The notes under the pieces were generated by a model. That model did not search any database. It was not told the DNA's origin and saw only the letters and a list, made by a program, of their open reading frames with translations. From Gemmatimonadota bacterium (GTDB lineage: Bacteria > Gemmatimonadota > Gemmatimonadetes > Gemmatimonadales > GWC2-71-9): DNA of 64,000 nt. Within the stretch, counting starts at the first letter, position 1; each line of letters opens with the position of its first letter. The position numbers were made by a program, and so were the translations under genes. This document shows positions 27,153 through 35,842 of this stretch, piece after piece. Where the stretch lies: positions 8,121-72,120 of the forward strand of contig JBGPOE010000002.1 in NCBI GenBank assembly GCA_041487875.1, in the 5' to 3' direction.

Positions 27153-27827
27153 TCAACTCAACGTTTTGAGCACCAGCTTGCTGCATACCTTGAGCGTGTC
27201 GAACACACCGTCGCCCCGCACCGCCACCGCCTCGAGGTACGGCGCGCGCCCCACCCATTGGCCGCCCACGTTCTCCACCAGGTTCTCACCAGGGTGCGTG
27301 GGGTCGGGGGTCACCTTCTGCTGGGGGCCGTCGTCGATCGGCCACCCGGGATTGAGCGCGGCCTGGAGGTCTTTGATCGGCGCGGCGTTGGGCAGGTCAC
27401 GCTTGTTGTACTGGATCACGAACGGGATCTTGGTCAGATCGTACCCGTACTCCGCCATGTTGTCGTACAGGTTCTGCATCGACTCGACGTTCGCTTCCAT
27501 GCGCTCAAGCTGGCTGTCGGCGACGAACACGATGCCGTCCACGCCCTTCAAGATCAGCTTGCGGCTGGCGTTGTAGTACACCTGGCCCGGCACCGTGTAG
27601 AGGTGGAAGCGAGTCTTGAAACCGCGGATGGTGCCCAGATCCACCGGCAGGAAGTCGAAGAACAGCGTGCGCTCGGTCTCGGTGGCGAGCGAGATCATTT
27701 TGCCGCGGGTCTGGGGCGAGACTTTGGCGTAGACGTGCTCCAGGTTCGTGGTCTTGCCGCCCAGACCGGGACCGTAGTACACGAGCTTGCAGTTGATCTC
27801 GCGGGACGCGTAGTTGATCATCGACAT
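27153..27827 (-). CDS. mglA: Ras-like small GTPase MglA (with an extra segment near the C-terminus)
   Basis: [71 protein letters not shown] and GVFDTLK closely follow my recollection of Myxococcus MglA. Confidence 0.88.
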   Translation of the reverse strand: MSMINYASREINCKLVYYGPGLGGKTTNLEHVYAKVSPQTRGKMISLATETERTLFFDFLPVDLGTIRGFKTRFHLYTVPGQVYYNASRKLILKGVDGIVFVADSQLERMEANVESMQNLYDNMAEYGYDLTKIPFVIQYNKRDLPNAAPIKDLQAALNPGWPIDDGPQQKVTPDPTHPGENLVENVGGQWVGRAPYLEAVAVRGDGVFDTLKVCSKLVLKTLS

Positions 27828-27839
27828 GGACGCGTCCCC

Positions 27840-28328
27840 TTAGCCGAAGAGCTTGTCAATTTCGTCTTCCGCCCCTTCGAGCAGCCCCTTTTGCTGCGCC
27901 GAGCCGCCCGTCCCCACGCGGTTGAACATCTCCTCGAACACCTTGTTGAGACTCTCCACCACGCTGCGCGCCTTGAGCTTCACCAGGCCGAGGGTGGCGC
28001 GCTGATCGAACAGCACCACCAGGATGACGCGCTTCGCCACGTCGGCGAGATACATCGATTCCTTCTCGCCCTGGTGCACGAGCGAGGCGAACTCCGGCTC
28101 GCCGATCATCTTGGCGAGCTGGTCGTTGGCGCTGAAATCGGCGGCGGTGAGTGAGGCGAAGGCGGTGGGATCGAAGTGCGGTGTCTCGCCGACCGTGGCG
28201 ACGAGCTGTCCCGTGCGATCCACGAGCAGCGCGCAGCGCGCGTTCGACTCGCGCAGATACGCCTGGAGATGCGTCTGAATCTGCTTGAAGTCGTTTTCGC
28301 TGAACGACCAGCTGGCCGCACCCGTCAT
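27840..28328 (-). CDS. mglB: Roadblock/LC7-domain protein MglB (MglA GAP)
   Basis: Lies directly upstream of mglA on the same strand. Roadblock-like core (ARCALLVDRTGQLVATVGE...ILVVLFDQRATLGLVK). Confidence 0.8.
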   Translation of the reverse strand: MTGAASWSFSENDFKQIQTHLQAYLRESNARCALLVDRTGQLVATVGETPHFDPTAFASLTAADFSANDQLAKMIGEPEFASLVHQGEKESMYLADVAKRVILVVLFDQRATLGLVKLKARSVVESLNKVFEEMFNRVGTGGSAQQKGLLEGAEDEIDKLFG

Positions 28329-28341
28329 CCGGCTCCCTCGG

Positions 28342-28944
28342 TCACTCCGATTCCGACATCTCGCGGCGCGCGAGCAGCGACTGCGCGATGGTCACACCGT
28401 CCGCGTATTCGAGATCCCCGCCCACCGGCAGCCCGCGCGCGATGCGCGTCACCCGGACTCCCGCGGGCTTGAGCACTTGCTGCAGATACGTCGCGGTGAC
28501 CTCGCCCTCCATCGACGGGTTGGTCGCAACGATCACTTCGCCAACCCCGGCGCCGTTGGTCACGCGCGCGAGCAGCTGCTCGATGCGCAGGGCCTCCGGG
28601 CCGATCCCCTCGAGCGGCGACAGCCGGCCGCCCAAGACGTGGTAGCGGCCACGGTACCCGCCCGCGCGCTCGATGGCGCCGACATCCCCCGCCTCCTCCA
28701 CGACGCACAACATGGTCGCGTCGCGCCGCGGATCGCGGCAGATCGCGCACGGGTCCTCGTCGGAGAGGTTGCCGCACACGCCGCATGCCTCCACCTGCGT
28801 GCGCACCCGGCGGATCGCCTCGGCCAGCCGCTCGACCACGTCGGGCGGCTGCTTCAGCAAATGAAACGTCAGCCGCTGCGCCGTCTTGCGTCCGATCCCG
28901 GGGAGCCGTGCCAGCTCCGTCACGAGATCCTCGATGGCCGACAC
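28342..28944 (-). CDS. recR: Recombination protein RecR
   Basis: LPGIGRKTAQRLTFHLL helix-hairpin-helix, a C4 zinc finger (CGVCGNLSDEDPCAIC), and Toprim. Confidence 0.92.
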   Translation of the reverse strand: MSAIEDLVTELARLPGIGRKTAQRLTFHLLKQPPDVVERLAEAIRRVRTQVEACGVCGNLSDEDPCAICRDPRRDATMLCVVEEAGDVGAIERAGGYRGRYHVLGGRLSPLEGIGPEALRIEQLLARVTNGAGVGEVIVATNPSMEGEVTATYLQQVLKPAGVRVTRIARGLPVGGDLEYADGVTIAQSLLARREMSESE

Positions 28945-28950
28945 GACGAA

Positions 28951-29268
28951 CTACAGTGGCAGCTGGAACGGAAACGGCAAGCCGGAGGCGACCTTCTTCA
29001 CTTCCGCCTGGTACAGCTCGGCGGCCCGCTTCTGCGCCTCGGTGACCGCCGCTACGACGAGGTCCTCGAGCAGCTCGACGTCCCCCGGAACGACGACCTG
29101 GGGATCGATCTTGATCGAGCGGATCATCCCGCGCCCGTCGGCCGTCGCCTGCACCATCCCGCCGCCCGCCGCGACCGTCACCGTCTGTTGCGCGAGTTGG
29201 GACTGAATCTCCGAGAGCCGCCCCTGCATCTGCTGCCCCAGCTGGAGCAGGCTGGATAAATCCGCCAT
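28951..29268 (-). CDS. ybaB: YbaB/EbfC nucleoid-associated protein
   Basis: MADLSSLLQLGQQMQGRLSEIQSQLAQQTVTVAAGGGMVQATADGRG. The upstream in-frame extension is rejected. Confidence 0.85.
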   Translation of the reverse strand: MADLSSLLQLGQQMQGRLSEIQSQLAQQTVTVAAGGGMVQATADGRGMIRSIKIDPQVVVPGDVELLEDLVVAAVTEAQKRAAELYQAEVKKVASGLPFPFQLPL

Positions 29269-29305
29269 GTGTCGAAAGTTACCCGCGCCTAGAGGGCCCC
29301 GCAAG

Positions 29306-30964
29306 CTACTCCAGCAGCTCGAGATCGAGCGCGTCGGCCGCGGCATTCAACGTCGGATCCTTCTGCCGCAGCGACTTGAGCCGCTCCGCGTTGGCGCTCT
29401 GCTCGGTGAGCCGCTCGCCGCGCGCCGCCGCCGTGCCGCCGCTCCCCGCCGCCCGCTCCCCGCCGACCGCCACCCGCACGCGCAGCGGCTCCGTGACGTA
29501 GCGCCCCATGACCTGCGCCAGCGCATCGCGCTTGCGGTCGACGCCTTCGGCGTGATGCGCGTCGGTGAGCGAGAGCGTCACGACGCCGCCCGCCACGGCC
29601 GACACGACCGCCTCGGCCACGAGACTCGCGATCATCGGGTTCTCGGCGCGCACATCGGCGACGATGCGGGGCCACAGCGCGCGGAGGCGGTCGAGCGAAG
29701 CGGGACCGCGCTCCGTGGGGACAGGGGACGGGGGAATGGGGACAGGCGCTGCCGCGGATGGAGCGACGTCACGCAATTGCGGCGGCGCAGGCGGCGCCGC
29801 AGCCGGACCCTTCCCCTGTCCCCTGTCCCCTTTCCCCAACGCCGTGAGCACTTCCGCCAGCTCGACCGTCCGATCCATCATCGCCCAACGCAGCAGCAAC
29901 AGCTCGACCGCGAGGCGCGTATTGCCGCCGCGGCGGATCTGCACCTCCATTTCCCCCAGCACCGCGAGCAGCCGGACGACGTCGGGCGGCGGCAGCCGGC
30001 CGGCAGCGCCCCGTACCACCTGCGCCAACCCCTCCGTGAGCCCCTCGGGCTGGCCGCCCAGCCCCGCGATCAACAGCGCGCGCAGGGTCTCCCCCGCCCC
30101 ATCCACGAACTCGCCGAGGTCCGCGCCCGCCTCGAGCAGGCGCTCGACCAGGGGAAATACGCCGGCGGCATCGCGCTCGGCCACGAGGCGCAGCATCTCA
30201 CCGTACAGCTCGTCGGGAATGAGACCGAGGACCGCGCGCACCCGGGCGGCGGTGATCGGACCTTCGCCGAAGGACAGCACCTGATCCAACACCGACAGGG
30301 CGTCGCGCATGCCGCCGTCCGCGCTCTTGGCGATGAGGTGCAGCGCGTCGTCCGCGGCGGCGATGCCCTCCGCGCGCACCACGGCCTGGAGCCGCTCCGC
30401 GATGGCGTGCGGCCCGATGCGGCGGAAATCGAACCGCTGCAGCCGCGACAACACGGGCGCCGCGGTCTGGGCGATCTTGTGCGGCTCGGTGGTCGCGAAC
30501 ACGAAGACGACTTTGGGCGGCGGCTCCTCCAGGATCTTGAGCAGCGCGTTCCACGCCTCCCGCGTGAGCATATGCGCCTCGTCCACGATGTAGACCTTGT
30601 GGTGGCCTTCGGTGCTCGCCGCGTACATCGCGCGCTCGCGCAGATCGCGCGCGTCGTCCACACCGCGGTTGGACGCGGCGTCGAGCTCCACCACGTCGAG
30701 CCCCGCCGATCCATTCCACGTGCGCAGGCAGGCGTCGCACTCGCCGCATGGCTCGCCCGCCACGGCGCCTTTGCGCTCGCAGTTCAAGGCCATCGCGAGG
30801 ATGCGCGCCGCCGTCGTCTTGCCGACGCCCCGGGGGCCCGCGAACAAATAGCCGTGCGCGGCACGCCCCTGCGCCACGGCGCCCCGTAACGCCGCGGCCA
30901 CATGGTCCTGAGCGATCAAGTCGGCGAAGCGTTTGGGGCGGTACTTACGGGCGAGGGCGATCAT
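29306..30964 (-). CDS. dnaX: DNA polymerase III subunit gamma/tau
   Basis: MIALARKYRPKRFADLIAQ, Walker A GPRGVGKTT, zinc module CGECDAC and the SRC region. It contains a low-complexity insert encoded by 29718..29837. Confidence 0.92.
   Translation of the reverse strand: MIALARKYRPKRFADLIAQDHVAAALRGAVAQGRAAHGYLFAGPRGVGKTTAARILAMALNCERKGAVAGEPCGECDACLRTWNGSAGLDVVELDAASNRGVDDARDLRERAMYAASTEGHHKVYIVDEAHMLTREAWNALLKILEEPPPKVVFVFATTEPHKIAQTAAPVLSRLQRFDFRRIGPHAIAERLQAVVRAEGIAAADDALHLIAKSADGGMRDALSVLDQVLSFGEGPITAARVRAVLGLIPDELYGEMLRLVAERDAAGVFPLVERLLEAGADLGEFVDGAGETLRALLIAGLGGQPEGLTEGLAQVVRGAAGRLPPPDVVRLLAVLGEMEVQIRRGGNTRLAVELLLLRWAMMDRTVELAEVLTALGKGDRGQGKGPAAAPPAPPQLRDVAPSAAAPVPIPPSPVPTERGPASLDRLRALWPRIVADVRAENPMIASLVAEAVVSAVAGGVVTLSLTDAHHAEGVDRKRDALAQVMGRYVTEPLRVRVAVGGERAAGSGGTAAARGERLTEQSANAERLKSLRQKDPTLNAAADALDLELLE
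29718..29837. repeat. Intragenic inverted pair of heptamer arrays inside dnaX
   Basis: GGGGACA GGGGACG GGGGAAT GGGGACA at 29718..29747 and the C-rich complement at 29808..29837 agree at about 24 of 30 positions. The total length is 120 nt. Confidence 0.8.
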
Positions 30965-30984
30965 GAGCGGAATCTAACGTAAAA

Positions 30985-31083
30985 TGCCCCAGGCACCCCG
31001 TAACGAGTCCCGACATCGCTTAGCGCTGCTCCCTGCGGGGGCCTGACGCGATTCGCGCGCGGAAAACCTACGGACCTGGGGCA
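30985..31083 (-). ncRNA. ffs: Signal recognition particle RNA (small bacterial 4.5S type)
   Basis: The minus-strand RNA starts UGCCCCAGG and ends CCUGGGGCA, a 9-bp closing helix. It contains GUCAGGCCCCCGCAGGGAGCAGC, which resembles the conserved domain IV GUCAGGUCCGGAAGGAAGCAGC. It lies immediately upstream of dnaX, a classic position. Confidence 0.7.
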
Positions 31084-31091
31084 CGCGAAAG

Positions 31092-32135
31092 CTAGCGCGA
31101 AGACACACACGGCACTACCCCGGGCACGGCCTCGGAGAGCACCGCCGCCGTGAGGGTACGCTTGAGTCCCGCCGCGGACACGGCGAGGACGGTGGTGCCG
31201 CCGCCCCGCGGCTCGAGCTCCACGGTTGCGGCGCCCGCGGCGGGCGTCACGACGCCGATCTTTAGGACGCGTTCGTCCGTCGATACGACCGCCACGGTGT
31301 CCACAGCCAGCGGCGTGTCGAACGAATCGAGCACGCGCACGCCCAGCGCGACGCGCGCGCCGGCCGAAAGCACGAGCAATCCCACGAGCGTCTGGCCGCC
31401 GCAGGACAGCGCGAGGCGCGCCGGCGCGCCCGTGGCCGGCAGGATCGTGACCGGCAGTGCGACGGACCCGAGCGACGCCGTGACCACAGCCGGGAGCGGC
31501 TGCGCGCCGAACGTGACGCCGATCGCGGTGCGGCCCAGGGCGTCGGTCACGGTGCTGGCGGCGTCGAGGGTCGCGTTGGTGGCTGTGAGCGTCACGGGCA
31601 CGGCGGCGAGTGGGGTACCGCTCGAGTCTCGTGCCGTGAACACGAGCGCCGCCGCCAGTCGTTGTCCGGCCGTCCCGCGCATGCTGGTCGCCTCCCACGC
31701 CGAGTGGGCCGCATCGGCCCGGCTCGCGCGCGGCGGGGCCACGAGCGCGGCGGCGGGCGCCGCGGCGGCTGGGGCCGCGCCCGGGGGAGCGGGTCGCGGG
31801 CCGACGCGGGGAGCGGGCGCTCGTGCCGGCACGGTGTCGCGGCGTGGCGGCGGGGCCGCCGCTCGCGGTTGGGCCCGGCGCACGCATCCGTCGATCTCCC
31901 GGAAGACAGCGGGGCTCGCGCCCAGCGCCGTGAAATCCGCGCGGTCGCGGCCCGTGGGCGTGAATGTGAGACAGTTGCGCTTGATCAAACCCGCGATCTC
32001 TGCGGACCCGAGCGCGGAGCCCGAAAGGAGGCGGACCAGATCGCTCTTGCGCAGGGGCTGCAGCTGTTGCGCGCGCACGGGCCCGGCCACCAGCGCGAGC
32101 GCGAGCGCCGCCGCCGCTCTCACGGACGCGCGCAT
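31092..32135 (-). CDS. Secreted hypothetical protein with a Cys-containing N-domain, a Pro/Ala linker and an Ig-like C-terminal region
   Basis: Signal peptide MRASVRAAAALALALVAGPVRAQ. The C-terminal beta-rich repeats (VTLTATNATLDAASTVTD..., LGVRVLDSFDTPLAVDTVAVVSTDERVL) look Big_2-like. Confidence 0.6.
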   Translation of the reverse strand: MRASVRAAAALALALVAGPVRAQQLQPLRKSDLVRLLSGSALGSAEIAGLIKRNCLTFTPTGRDRADFTALGASPAVFREIDGCVRRAQPRAAAPPPRRDTVPARAPAPRVGPRPAPPGAAPAAAAPAAALVAPPRASRADAAHSAWEATSMRGTAGQRLAAALVFTARDSSGTPLAAVPVTLTATNATLDAASTVTDALGRTAIGVTFGAQPLPAVVTASLGSVALPVTILPATGAPARLALSCGGQTLVGLLVLSAGARVALGVRVLDSFDTPLAVDTVAVVSTDERVLKIGVVTPAAGAATVELEPRGGGTTVLAVSAAGLKRTLTAAVLSEAVPGVVPCVSSR

Positions 32136-33598
32136 CGCGAGCGATCGAAATGCCGCTCGACTGAGTCCACCGCGGCGTACACCGCCTGGTCGCGCCCGGC
32201 GTGCACGGCGTCGAGCGGGCCCGTCAGCGCCTTGCGTCGCAGGTTGTAGGTGGTCCAACCGTTTTCCACCGCCACCACCCCGCGCGCCAGGTCGGTGCAC
32301 GTCATCTGACGGTTGTCGAACAGGCGTGCGCGATCGTTGTAACTGCGCACGGTGCCGGTCATCGTGTCCGACACGCGCTCGAATCCATGGAGGGCGGAAT
32401 CGCCGACCGCCGTAGCCGGCGGCACAGTCGCCGCATGGCCGGCGGCGCCGGGACGAAGTCTCAGGTAGTAGTATGCTCCGCCGGCTCCCAGGCCCAGCAC
32501 CAACAGCACTCCCCAGATCCAGCCGCGGCCCGATCCCCCGCGCCGCTGCGCCTCGCTGAGCGATGCCCGGACCACGGGGCGCGACGTGCGCCGCCGCGGG
32601 TCCGACGTGCGCGGCGCGGGCGGCGGAGCGGATGGGCGTGCGGGCGTGGTCGTCCGGCGAGCAGGAGGCGGCGCGGGCGGGCCCGAGGCACGCGGCGCGC
32701 GCGGCGCGGGCACATCCGGCATCGGCGCGCCGAGCTCCATCAGCGGCAACCCTGCCGTTTCGGGGGGCCCCGCGCGGGCCACAGGCGGCGACATCGTGGC
32801 CGCCGGTCGGGGCGCCGGTGGCGGTGGCGGAGGTGGAGCGGCCGTCACCTCGAGCGTCGATCGTTCCGCGGGGGCCGATCCTCGCACCTGCGACGCGCGG
32901 GGCGCCGGCACCGCGGCGCTCGCCCCGCGCGTGGCCGCTCGGTCCGCCGTGCGGAAATTACGCCACGGCATGTGCGAGACTTTGCCGCCCGGCGCCGCCG
33001 TTTCGCGCTCGTCGATCAGCTCGTAAAAGGGCAGCGCCACGAGGGCGGTCGGCTCATTGCGGGGCGAGCGAAACAGCGCGGCGGCGGGCTGATCCGCGGT
33101 GCCGCCCAATACCAGCGCCACGTGCCACGCTTTGCCGAAAAACGTCACATGGGTCTCGAGGTCGCCCGCCGCCAGTGACAGGCCGAGCGGCGGGTGGCTG
33201 TGATACCAGCCGATCACCGCCCCGTTGGTTTTGGCAAGCTCCTTCTGGACGCGCTCCATCACGCGGCTCACGACCACGGTGGTCTTGTCGCCGTAGATCG
33301 GCTGGGTAAGACGGATGGTCGAGTCGACGACGACAAAGCGGGCGTGCGTAGCGGCGTCCTCGCACAAATCACCGGTGAGGAATCCGAGCAAGCCGCTTTC
33401 GGGCGACGCCCGGAAGTGCTCGTTGATCGCGCGCAGCGTCGACTGTCCGAAAAAGACGGGGAACTGCACCGGCGCCGCGACCGTCCCGCCTTGCGGCAGC
33501 CACAGGACCGCGCGCTCGGTCGGGATCGGCGCCTGACGCACCGGCCTTCCGGACGGGGGCGGCGGGGGCGGCGGCGGTGTCGCTCGCGGTGTGGTCAC
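32120..33598 (-). CDS. Membrane-anchored MPN+/JAMM-domain protein (Rpn11/CSN5-like motif)
   Basis: The GTG start overlaps the ltaE stop (GTGA). Motifs ESGLLGFLTGDLCED and AVIGWYHSHPPLGLSLAAGD (33161..33202). Pro-rich linkers, one TM (GWIWGVLLVLGLGAGGAYYYL), then a roughly 110-aa extracytoplasmic domain. Confidence 0.7.
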   Translation of the reverse strand: MTTPRATPPPPPPPPSGRPVRQAPIPTERAVLWLPQGGTVAAPVQFPVFFGQSTLRAINEHFRASPESGLLGFLTGDLCEDAATHARFVVVDSTIRLTQPIYGDKTTVVVSRVMERVQKELAKTNGAVIGWYHSHPPLGLSLAAGDLETHVTFFGKAWHVALVLGGTADQPAAALFRSPRNEPTALVALPFYELIDERETAAPGGKVSHMPWRNFRTADRAATRGASAAVPAPRASQVRGSAPAERSTLEVTAAPPPPPPPAPRPAATMSPPVARAGPPETAGLPLMELGAPMPDVPAPRAPRASGPPAPPPARRTTTPARPSAPPPAPRTSDPRRRTSRPVVRASLSEAQRRGGSGRGWIWGVLLVLGLGAGGAYYYLRLRPGAAGHAATVPPATAVGDSALHGFERVSDTMTGTVRSYNDRARLFDNRQMTCTDLARGVVAVENGWTTYNLRRKALTGPLDAVHAGRDQAVYAAVDSVERHFDRSRCARP

Positions 33599-34623
33599 GA
33601 GAGCGTCGTGGCGATAAGTGCCGCCGCGCGGTCGATGTCGTCGCGCGTCACGTCGAGGTGCGTCACCGCGCGCAGCCGCTTCGGGCCGAACGGCACCAGC
33701 AGCACGCCCGCCGCCGCGAGCCGGGGAATGACCGTCTCGGCCGTGTCGCCGGGGCGCACGAGGTCGATCATCACGATGTTGGTCTCGGGCGCGAGCGGCC
33801 GCACGGCGGGACAGCCCGCGAGCCGCTCGGCGAGCAGCTTGGCGTTGCTGTGATCTTGCGTGATGCGCGGCAGGTGATGCTCCAGCGCGTACAGCCCCGC
33901 CGCGGCGAGAATCCCCGACTGCCGCATCCCGCCCCCCAACCGTTTGCGGACTTCCCAGGCGCGCTCGCGCTGCGCTCGCGGAAATGCGAGACACGAGCCC
34001 ACCGGGCAGCCCAGTCCCTTCGAGAGACTGACCATGACGCTCGCCACGCCTTGCGTGAGCCGCGCCGGCGGCACGCCCAGCGCTGCCGCCGCATTCCACA
34101 GACGCGCCCCGTCCAGGTGCACCGGCAGGCCGGCGCCGCGCGCCACCGCGACGTTGGCCGCCAGCACGTCGGGGGGCATGACTTTTCCGCCCGCCGCGTT
34201 GTGCGTGTTCTCGAGCGCCACGGCCGACGCGCGCGGCACGTGCGGCGACGCCGGCCGCAGCGCCGCGCGCAGCAGCTCCGCCGTGAGCAGGCCGTCCGGA
34301 GTCGTCACCGGCCGGATCTGCACGCCGGCGAGGGCGGCGACGCCCGCGATTTCGTAATGCACGAGATGGGCGTTCGCCTCGATCAACAGCTCGGTCCCGG
34401 GGCGCGTGGCGAGGGCGATGCCCGTCTGGTTCGCCTGCGTGCCGGAGGGAAAGAACAACGCCTCCTCCATCCCCAGGAGGTCGGCCACGCGCTGCTCCAG
34501 CCGCCGCGTCGTGGGGTCGCCGTCCAGCACGTCGTCGCCGACTTCGGCCTCGGCCATGGCGCGCCGCATCGCCGCCGACGGCCGCGTGACCGTGTCGGAG
34601 CGCAGATCGATCGGCGCGCTCAT
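33595..34623 (-). CDS. ltaE: Low-specificity L-threonine aldolase
   Basis: IDLRSDTVTRPSAAMRRAM, GDDVLDGDPT, FFPSGTQANQ. Confidence 0.88.
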   Translation of the reverse strand: MSAPIDLRSDTVTRPSAAMRRAMAEAEVGDDVLDGDPTTRRLEQRVADLLGMEEALFFPSGTQANQTGIALATRPGTELLIEANAHLVHYEIAGVAALAGVQIRPVTTPDGLLTAELLRAALRPASPHVPRASAVALENTHNAAGGKVMPPDVLAANVAVARGAGLPVHLDGARLWNAAAALGVPPARLTQGVASVMVSLSKGLGCPVGSCLAFPRAQRERAWEVRKRLGGGMRQSGILAAAGLYALEHHLPRITQDHSNAKLLAERLAGCPAVRPLAPETNIVMIDLVRPGDTAETVIPRLAAAGVLLVPFGPKRLRAVTHLDVTRDDIDRAAALIATTLS

Positions 34624-35507
34624 CCCAGCCCCACGCGCTGCGAGCGCCGCAACCGGATGAGCTCCACCACCTCAGCGACCTCGCAGCTCAGCAGGAACGC
34701 GTAGGCCATGCCGTAGATCCAGATGAAAAAGAGAAACAGCGCCACCAGATTCGCATCCGAGGCCACGCGGTTGAGCGTCACGAAGCGGGTGAGGTAAAGT
34801 GCGTACAACCGCTTCCCCACCTCGAAGGCCACCGCGGAGAACACCGCGGATACCACCGCCGTGCGCCACGCCAGGCGGCGGCTCGGCAGGATCTCGAAGA
34901 TGAGGAAGAAGAGCGCAGTGCTGAACGCAAACGTGATCAACTCGATGCTGAACCGGTACAGCCATGCCAGCACGAACCCGCCGCCCAGCGCCGCGTCCGA
35001 CTGGGCCCTGATCGCCGGGAGCGCGGCGTTGGCCACCAGCAACAACGCCGTCACGAACACCATCGCGAGGTCGGTGAGCTTGGCGATGGGCCACGAGCGG
35101 ATCTCGTCGGAGTCGAACACCTCGTTCAGGGCGACGCGCAGCCCGCCGAAGAAGCGCGACGAAAACCACAGGAACAGCGGCACGCCGAACACGGTGAGCC
35201 GCCCGCGCGCCTTCACAAGCGCGGTGACGATACCCTCGACCCGTTTGAACATCTCGGGGCTATCGGTGCCCCCGAGCGGCAGGAACCGCGCCAGCAGCTC
35301 GTGCACGGCGATTTGGTTGGTGGTGATCTGGTGCTGCACCAGGTAGCCGACCGCGGCGAGCACGAGCACGATAAACGGCAGGGCCGTGAGGATGAGATCG
35401 AATGAGAGGGCGCTCGCGAGGAAGGGGATGTTGTCTTCGAAGGCGGCCTCGAGGGTGCGGCGGATCACGCCGAACGGCGACCGATGCCACCCCCCCTCGC
35501 GTCTCAC
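34620..35507 (-). CDS. YihY/BrkB family membrane protein
   Basis: IPFLASALSFDLILTALPFIVLVLAAVGY and about 6 TM helices. GTGA and ATGA overlaps with both neighbours. Confidence 0.8.
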   Translation of the reverse strand: MRREGGWHRSPFGVIRRTLEAAFEDNIPFLASALSFDLILTALPFIVLVLAAVGYLVQHQITTNQIAVHELLARFLPLGGTDSPEMFKRVEGIVTALVKARGRLTVFGVPLFLWFSSRFFGGLRVALNEVFDSDEIRSWPIAKLTDLAMVFVTALLLVANAALPAIRAQSDAALGGGFVLAWLYRFSIELITFAFSTALFFLIFEILPSRRLAWRTAVVSAVFSAVAFEVGKRLYALYLTRFVTLNRVASDANLVALFLFFIWIYGMAYAFLLSCEVAEVVELIRLRRSQRVGLG

Positions 35508-35842
35508 GCGAGCGTCTCGTCCTCCTCGTCGGCGACTTCAGCGCCCCCGGTGATGTGCCCCGCGCCGCGCCGCCGGCGGCGCGCGGCCTCGAGCCGCCGC
35601 CGCACTTCCTCGGCCGCCGTCCGCCGCGCCGCCTGGCCGGCGCCTTGCGCGGTCGCCACCAGATCGCCCGCTTCGCCGGCTGCCTCCGCCACCAGCCGCC
35701 GCAGTCCCTGCAGCTTCCCCGACAACTTGCGCCGCGACGCGCCACCCTCTTCCGGCGCGAACAGCACGCCCAGGACGGCGCCAACCGCGAGCCCCAACAG
35801 AAACGCGCCGGCCGCGCCGCCCCCGCCTTCACGTTCGCTCAT
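35504..35842 (-). CDS. YtxH-domain protein
   Basis: GAFLLGLAVGAVLGVLFAPEEGGASRRKL followed by a charged helical tail. The ATG overlaps the upstream stop (ATGA). Confidence 0.7.
   Translation of the reverse strand: MSEREGGGGAAGAFLLGLAVGAVLGVLFAPEEGGASRRKLSGKLQGLRRLVAEAAGEAGDLVATAQGAGQAARRTAAEEVRRRLEAARRRRRGAGHITGGAEVADEEDETLA

Noticed and set aside
29306-30964. A programmed frameshift or transcriptional slippage site in dnaX, as in the E. coli A-AAA-AAG or Thermus poly-A sites.
   Set aside because: I saw no A or T homopolymer run or slippery heptamer in the gene. The only unusual element is the heptamer-repeat hairpin, reported separately.
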